DNA of 10,775 nucleotides from an uncultured bacterium. Lineage in GTDB: Bacteria > Methylomirabilota > Methylomirabilia > Rokubacteriales > DASRDR01. Under the pieces are notes generated by a model, which was given only the letters and a program-made list of their open reading frames with translations, did no database searches and was not told where the DNA came from. Each line of letters opens with the position of its first letter. The first letter of the stretch is position 1. Location: the NCBI GenBank assembly GCA_964509395.1, contig CAZDYT010000080.1, positions 1-10,775 of the forward strand. Reading direction: 5' to 3'. This document shows, one piece after another, positions 6,546 to 10,775 of the stretch. Made by a program: the position numbers and the translations under genes.

Positions 6546-7448
6546 CTAGCGGTCTCCCAGGATGATCGGCAGCCCCGACTTGTCGCCGAGGATGACCACC
6601 TTGGTGTTGGGACTCTTGGAAATTTCATGGGCCACCTCGATGGCCTTCCACTTGAGGAGGGGCTCCGAGATCCCCTGGCTGACGATCCGCTGAAAGTCGG
6701 CGATCCCCGAGGCTTCCACGCGCTTCCGGTCCGCCTCCTGCCGCTCCTTGAGGAGTACGAACCGCATCCGCTCCGCCTCTTGCTCGGCGGCCAGCTTGGT
6801 GTTGATGGCTTCTTCGACCATCCGGGGGAGGACGATCCTCCGGAGGAGCACCTTCTCCAAGATGATCCCGCGCTCCCCCAGCATCTTGTGCAGCTCGTCG
6901 TAGATCTGCTGGGCAATGACCTCGCGTCCGGACGTATAGAGATCCTTGGCCTCGTGGTTCACCGTCGCCCCCCGGATCACGGACCGAAACTGGGGGAGGA
7001 TGAAGACCGTCGCGTACCTCTCCCCCAGCGTCCGGAAGACGCCGGGGGCCGCCTTCGACTCCAGATGGTAGAGCGCGGAGACCTCGAGCCCCACCGTCAG
7101 GCCCTCCTTGCTGGGGACGTCGGCGTGCTCGAACATCTCCAGGGTCCGGACCGACATGAGCCGGACCTCCTTCAGCGGATTGATCGCGCTCAACCCTTCG
7201 GACAGCGCTCGGTCGTCGATCTTCCCGAAGAGGATCTGGACGCCGACGGTGCCCCCTGGGACCACTCGGAAAGCGCCCAGGACGACGCCCAGGACGATGA
7301 CGAGCCCGCCGGCGATCCTGAGCCAGATCCGCGCCTGCGTGGCCTCGATCGCCTTTCGATCCCCCAAATGCGGGGCGGCCCGCGGGATGGCAAAGCTGAC
7401 GAAGAGGAGAAGAGCGCCTAGCGCCAACCCGAAGAGTAAGAGCGACAT
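6546..7448 (-). CDS. SPFH/band-7 (prohibitin/HflC-like) membrane protein, 300 aa.
   Basis: ATG at 7448..7446 is preceded by GGAGGG with a 7-nt spacer. The N-terminus has a TM helix (MSLLLFGLALGALLLFVSFAIP). The SPFH core follows (VPGGTVGVQILFGKI..., LTVGLEVSALYHL..., ILPQFRSVIRGATVNHEAKDLYTSGR). A charged coiled-coil tail (EAINTKLAAEQEAERMRFVLLKERQEADRKRVEA) is typical of prohibitin/HflC family proteins. The first 52 codons of track ORF 6546..7604 are R-rich low complexity and are rejected. Confidence 0.88.
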   Translation of the reverse strand: MSLLLFGLALGALLLFVSFAIPRAAPHLGDRKAIEATQARIWLRIAGGLVIVLGVVLGAFRVVPGGTVGVQILFGKIDDRALSEGLSAINPLKEVRLMSVRTLEMFEHADVPSKEGLTVGLEVSALYHLESKAAPGVFRTLGERYATVFILPQFRSVIRGATVNHEAKDLYTSGREVIAQQIYDELHKMLGERGIILEKVLLRRIVLPRMVEEAINTKLAAEQEAERMRFVLLKERQEADRKRVEASGIADFQRIVSQGISEPLLKWKAIEVAHEISKSPNTKVVILGDKSGLPIILGDR

Positions 7449-7489
7449 GGTTCGGCCCTCCGCCGGCTGGGGACGCGTCCGCGAACGGC

Positions 7490-7723
7490 CTAGCGACCGA
7501 GCGCGGGCGCGTGGATCGCGGCGCTGATCACCAGCCCGAAGGCCACGATCACCGCGCCCATGACGATGGCGATCCCGACGTTTCCGCTCTTCAGCTCCGC
7601 CCACTCATCCACGGGCGTGAGCCAGGTGAAGATCTTGAGGAGCAGCCCGAGGGAGACTCCCATTGTGATGGCCCCGACGAGCCCCCAGCCCAACGCCAGC
7701 ACGTACTCGGACAGCACCCGCAT
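7490..7723 (-). CDS. DUF350-family small membrane protein (77 aa, two TM helices).
   Basis: ATG at 7723..7721 is preceded by AAGGAGGG (rc of 7728..7735) with a 4-5 nt spacer. The sequence LGLLLKIFTWLTPVDEWAELKSGNVGIAIVMGAVIVAFGLVISAAI matches the DUF350 signature (..TP.DE..E...GN.A.AI...G...G..I..A.I). It lies 41 nt upstream of the SPFH gene on the same strand. Confidence 0.65.
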   Translation of the reverse strand: MRVLSEYVLALGWGLVGAITMGVSLGLLLKIFTWLTPVDEWAELKSGNVGIAIVMGAVIVAFGLVISAAIHAPALGR

Positions 7724-7780
7724 CGGACCCTCCTTCCCCCTTCGGGGGCGAGTCTGAGCTGCCTTACCCCTCCATGCGCG

Positions 7781-8584
7781 TCACCGGAGCTCGAGGAACC
7801 CGGCCGCCTGGGCGCGGCGGACCATCTCGCGGATCGGGTCGTAGTCAGCGTTGCGCGCGGGAACGAAGCGCGCCATCAGCCCCTCGGCCAGGATCCCCCG
7901 TCCTGCGGGATCGTCGTGCATCGTCAGGAAGACGTCGCGGAGGCGCGCCCTCAGCTCCTCCGGGACGCGGCTCGACACGACGACCGGGGGGATCGGACAG
8001 GGGCCGATCGACTCGACGACGCGGAGCTCGGCGCCGAGCTCCGGCCGGGCCTTCTCCTCCAGCTCGAGCACCGTGCTGTCGATCCCCGAGGCGTCCACGG
8101 CTCCCTCGAGGACCATCCGGATCGAGTTCTGGTGCGAGCCCGAGGCGACGGCCTTGCCGAAGTAGCCGGAGGTCTCCCCCAGCCCGAGGAGGTGGTGCCG
8201 AGGCATGTTGTAGCCCGAGTTCGAGTCCGGGTCGTTGTAGGCGTAGGACCTCCCCCGGAGGTCGGCGAAGGCGCGAACCGCGCTGCCGCGGCGCACGACC
8301 ACGTCGGTGAAGTAGACGGGCCGCCCCCGGTAGCGGGGGGCTGCCATGACGGGCGCACACAGAAGCTCCACGGGCCGATCGGGCCGGTCGAACTTCCGCG
8401 AATATGGCAGGCCGCAGATGAAGGCGACCTGCACGCGCCCGTCGTCCAGCATGCGATGGCGCTCCTCCCAGGCGACCCCCGCGAGCAGCGCCGCCGGCTG
8501 GCCCAGCCGGCGCGCGACGTAGCCGGCGATCCGCTCGTACACCGGTCGGGCGTTCTCCGCCAGGAAGGAGGCGAGCGTGAGCAT
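7781..8584 (-). CDS. PhnD/SsuA-like (phosphonate/phosphite ABC-type) substrate-binding-domain protein. It lacks a signal peptide and has no adjacent transporter genes.
   Basis: ATG is at 8584..8582. The sequence ...YFTDVVVRRGSAVRAFADLRGRSYAYNDPDSNSGYNMPRHHLLGLG... matches the PhnD-family core (Y..VVV.R.DS.I.S..DLKGK..AF.DP.STSGYL.P...L). The N-terminus starts directly in the domain (MLTLASFLAENARPVYERIAGYV) and an in-frame TAA lies 13 codons upstream, so no signal peptide is possible. Confidence 0.75.
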   Translation of the reverse strand: MLTLASFLAENARPVYERIAGYVARRLGQPAALLAGVAWEERHRMLDDGRVQVAFICGLPYSRKFDRPDRPVELLCAPVMAAPRYRGRPVYFTDVVVRRGSAVRAFADLRGRSYAYNDPDSNSGYNMPRHHLLGLGETSGYFGKAVASGSHQNSIRMVLEGAVDASGIDSTVLELEEKARPELGAELRVVESIGPCPIPPVVVSSRVPEELRARLRDVFLTMHDDPAGRGILAEGLMARFVPARNADYDPIREMVRRAQAAGFLELR

Positions 8585-8650
8585 CGCCTCATCTTGGCAT
8601 CGGGGTACGCCAAACCGGAAGTCTTATCTCCCGTGCGGGCGACGGCCATC

Positions 8651-8682
8651 TTGACTTGACCGCCACAGCCCTGCGACTGTGG
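8651..8682. promoter_or_regulatory. Divergent intergenic element: the tandem direct repeat TTGAC-TTGAC (8651..8660), followed by the inverted repeat CCACAG-N8-CTGTGG (8663..8682).
   Basis: Direct reading gives ttgacttgacCGCCACAGccctgcgaCTGTGGgg. The arms extend to 7 of 8 matching bases. The element sits between the divergent starts at 8584 (-) and 8715 (+). Confidence 0.3.
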
Positions 8683-8714
8683 GGGCACTGCGGCCGGCGG
8701 CCAACGGAGGGTCC

Positions 8715-9338
8715 ATGGACGACGTGATCCGCTTGAGTGCGTCCGAGACCGTGCGCGGTCGCCCCTTCACCGACCCGCGCCACAACGCGGACGATCTCCT
8801 GGCGATCGGCACGATGGCGGCCGCGCTCCGGCCGCTCTTGAGCCAGCTCTTACCCGACTACCCCCGCCCGCTCGTGCTCCAGGCGCCGGAGCGCGAAGGA
8901 CGGCAGCATCGCGTCGTCATCTGCGACGAGAGACGGCTGCGCGTCGGCCGTGACCTCGGCTTCGTCGGGTTCTTCGCCACCAAGCGGCCCGGCCTCGACG
9001 CGTCGCCACTGACCACCATGGACGACGAGCTGATCCTCGAGTTTCCGTCTCACCCCGGCATCTTGAGCTACAGCTCACTGGAGTTCCCGGACGGGAACTG
9101 GGGCAACCTCATCCTCGTGGACCCGCCGGAGGCCAAGGACCACTGGCGGACGAGCGAAAGGCACGCCTACGCCGCGCACGAGCTGGCTCCGAAGCATTAC
9201 GCCGTCATCCGGCTCCACAACGGTGTCTTCCCGGGCGGCCTCCTCTCGGGCCGCGACCCGATCCTGGTGCGCTCGGCGTACCACGACTTCCAGGGCCCCG
9301 AGCCGTGGCGGGCCGAGCGCCAGCTCCTACCGCCGTGA
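8715..9338 (+). CDS. Hypothetical protein, 207 aa. It is the only plus-strand gene in the window.
   Basis: ATG at 8715 is preceded by GGAGGG (8706..8711). GC3 bias is strong throughout and the gene ends at TGA 9336..9338. There is no recognisable family by eye (MDDVIRLSASETVRGRPFTDP...GFVGFFATKRPGLDASPLTT...HYAVIRLHNGVFPGG...). The GTG at 8679 given in the ORF track has no RBS. Confidence 0.65.
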   Translation: MDDVIRLSASETVRGRPFTDPRHNADDLLAIGTMAAALRPLLSQLLPDYPRPLVLQAPEREGRQHRVVICDERRLRVGRDLGFVGFFATKRPGLDASPLTTMDDELILEFPSHPGILSYSSLEFPDGNWGNLILVDPPEAKDHWRTSERHAYAAHELAPKHYAVIRLHNGVFPGGLLSGRDPILVRSAYHDFQGPEPWRAERQLLPP

Positions 9339-9562
9339 CGCCCGACCCCGTCATCCGCCAGCCGCGATCTGGCTCGCGCCGCCGTGATGCGACGTTCCCC
9401 TCTCCCGTCGGCTTACAAGACGCGCGCGAGGGCTCGTAGGTGAGCGTGTCCGGCGTGTTCTGGGCGGTGGGATGCGCTCCGATCCGCGCCAGCGCCAGAC
9501 GAGCGAGCCAGCACCCGCGCGCGCCGGTGGGGAGCCTCGGCACCCGCGCGGACCGGCCCGGC

Positions 9563-10573
9563 TCAACTGAACCTGAGCGGCTCGCCGATCCCGAGCCGCC
9601 GCGCCTTCTCCAGCATGGCGTGGCCGAGGGCGACGTCCGTCGTGCTGAGGCCGCGATGCCAGAACAGGATGGTCTCGTCGTCGCGCTCGCGCCCGGGCTT
9701 CGCTCCCGCGACGATCTCCGCCAGCTCCGCGTGGAGGGTGCGCTCGGAGAGCTTGCCGGCCTCCACGTGGGCGCGGAGCGCGCCGAAGGGGCCGCTCCGG
9801 CACTGCCCCCAGTCATCTACCACGATCTTGTCCATCACGTCGGTGAGTGACAGCTCCACCGCGCTCATGGTCCCGTAGGGGATGAGGCAGGCGCCGGGCT
9901 GGACCCACGCCGTCTTCAGCAAGGGGCTGGGCTCCGGGAGGCGGGAGGCCTCCACCGCGATGTCGGCGCCCCGCACGCAGCTCTCCCAGTCGTCCACGAC
10001 GGTCACGGGCTTCCCGAGCTCGGCGGCCAGGCGCGCGCCGAACGCGGCACGGCTCTCCGGGCGTCGGGAGTGGACGCGGATCTCCGCCAGGTCGAAGAGC
10101 CGATCCAGGAGGCGCACGTTCCAGTAGGCGGTGACGCGCGCCCCGATGTGACCCAGAACGCGGCTCCTGCGCCGGGCGAGGTGCCTGGAGCCGATCGCGG
10201 TCATCGGGCCAGTGCGCATGTCGGTGATGGCCGTCGCGTCGAGGACGGCCACCGGCCTCCCCGTGCGCGGATCGAACAGGCAGAGGAGCGCCATCTCGGA
10301 CGGGAGCCCGAGCCGGTAGTTGTCCACGTAGTCGCCCACGATCTTTACCCCGGCGAGGCCGAGCGGGGCGATGTAGCCCCGGAGCACGTTGAAGTGCCCG
10401 CGGAACGCCCGGTCCGGGATCAGGTGGACCCGGGGCTCGATCACCGTCTCGCCCCGCCCCTGGGCGAGGAGCGCCGCCTCGACGGCGGCGAGGATCTCGC
10501 CGTCGGTCAGCGCGAGCGCCTCGATGTCGGGCCCGCCGAGGTACGTGAGGTCGATGGGCTCGGGTGTCGCCAC
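9563..10573 (-). CDS. Ornithine cyclodeaminase / mu-crystallin family protein (NAD-dependent; OCD, ketimine reductase or alanine dehydrogenase-like).
   Basis: GTG at 10573..10571 is preceded by GGAGGGGAG with an 8-nt spacer. The length (336 aa) and motifs (…GARVTAYWNVRLLD…, a glycine-rich Rossmann region, C-terminal …FWHRGLSTTDVALGHAMLEKARRLGIGEPL) fit the OCD/mu-crystallin family. The frame stays open upstream to the window edge but carries no other start codon, and the upstream translation is low-complexity. Confidence 0.85.
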   Translation of the reverse strand: MATPEPIDLTYLGGPDIEALALTDGEILAAVEAALLAQGRGETVIEPRVHLIPDRAFRGHFNVLRGYIAPLGLAGVKIVGDYVDNYRLGLPSEMALLCLFDPRTGRPVAVLDATAITDMRTGPMTAIGSRHLARRRSRVLGHIGARVTAYWNVRLLDRLFDLAEIRVHSRRPESRAAFGARLAAELGKPVTVVDDWESCVRGADIAVEASRLPEPSPLLKTAWVQPGACLIPYGTMSAVELSLTDVMDKIVVDDWGQCRSGPFGALRAHVEAGKLSERTLHAELAEIVAGAKPGRERDDETILFWHRGLSTTDVALGHAMLEKARRLGIGEPLRFS

Positions 10574-10728
10574 GCGCCGGTCTCCCCTCCGCCTCCCGAG
10601 GGGCGGGGACCCACGGCCGGAGGCCGCGGGTCGGCCCGATCCGTTTGCCGAAGCGCGGACGGCCCCGACCCCTCGGGTGCCCGGCGGAAGGGCCGTCGGG
10701 GGCTGAGCCCCTCCGAGATCCCTAGCTA

Positions 10729-10752
10729 GTTTCTGTCGCGAACACCAGAAAC
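10729..10752. repeat. Inverted repeat GTTTCTG-N10-CAGAAAC inside a locally AT-richer patch (about 45% GC against about 70% background). The patch lies in the probable promoter/operator region of the OCD-family gene.
   Basis: 10729..10752 reads GTTTCTGtcgcgaacacCAGAAAC, a perfect 7-bp arm. The surrounding sequence 10721..10775 (ctagctagtttctg...gatgttcaggatttagc) is markedly AT-richer than the rest of the window. Confidence 0.35.
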
Positions 10753-10775
10753 ACCTGTGATGTTCAGGATTTAGC

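Noticed and set aside
6627-7421. 264-aa plus-strand ORF opposite the SPFH gene. A related ORF is 7108..7527 (+).
   Set aside because: It is the antisense shadow of the well-supported SPFH/prohibitin gene, with an Asp/Pro/Leu-rich, motif-less translation.
7511-8659. 382-aa plus-strand ORF. Related ORFs are 7774..8310 (+), 7845..8360 (-) and 7951..8688 (-).
   Set aside because: They are antisense or alternate frames of the PhnD-like and DUF350 genes and their translations are low-complexity. The 7781..8584 minus frame matches the PhnD family.
9339-9562. Possible bidirectional terminator between the convergent 207-aa gene and the OCD gene
   Set aside because: Only short 4-5 bp stems were found (e.g. 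GCCAG-N7-CTGGC, CGACG-N11-CGTCG) and no U-tract. The evidence is not strong enough to call a terminator.
9351-9803. 150-aa minus ORF and the 9440..9850 + ORF overlapping the 3' end of the OCD gene
   Set aside because: They are out of frame with, or antisense to, the OCD-family gene and have R/P/G-rich translations. They are shadow ORFs.
1-10775. A search for CRISPR arrays, tRNA/rRNA genes, transposases or integrases
   Set aside because: No regularly spaced direct repeats, no tRNA-like cloverleaf starts, and no transposase or integrase-like translations appear in any frame. The only mobile-element-like hint is the AT-rich inverted-repeat patch at the extreme right edge, which is better explained as a promoter/operator.

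Overview
The window is about 70% GC bacterial DNA, densely coding, with 10 of 11 genes on the minus strand. Shine-Dalgarno motifs are GGAGG-type and several starts are GTG or TTG. Features from left to right:
(1) 1..926 (-): 3' part of an enolase-superfamily (mandelate racemase/muconate lactonizing enzyme) gene.
(2) ~967..1116 (-): a roughly 50-aa N-terminal remnant of a hydantoinase/oxoprolinase (HyuA-like) gene that still has its own TTGACA-17-TATCCT promoter, AAGGAG RBS and TTG start.
(3) 1351..6249 (-): a tight co-directional four-gene cluster. It encodes a DUF1330/Dabb-like small alpha+beta-barrel protein, a YceI-like protein, and a 1125-aa multidomain signalling protein (double zinc ribbon, class III nucleotidyl cyclase, STAND/NB-ARC-type P-loop NTPase, long C-terminal TPR array). 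The fourth gene is an uncharacterised Trp/His-rich 197-aa protein 30 nt downstream with its own GGAGGAG RBS.
(4) 6250..6414 (-): a strong TTGACG-17-TAGAAT promoter and about 130-nt leader upstream of that cluster.
(5) 6546..8584 (-): a signal-less PhnD/SsuA-like substrate-binding protein, a DUF350 small membrane protein and an SPFH/prohibitin protein.
(6) 8715..9338 (+): a 207-aa hypothetical protein; this is the only plus-strand gene.
(7) 9563..10573 (-): an ornithine cyclodeaminase/mu-crystallin family gene with a GC-rich structured leader and an AT-richer inverted-repeat patch at the window edge.
No rRNA, tRNA, CRISPR or transposase was found. The most interesting candidate system is the cyclase-STAND-TPR gene together with its flanking small genes. 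All domain calls are by-eye motif recognition and need HMM/structure confirmation.
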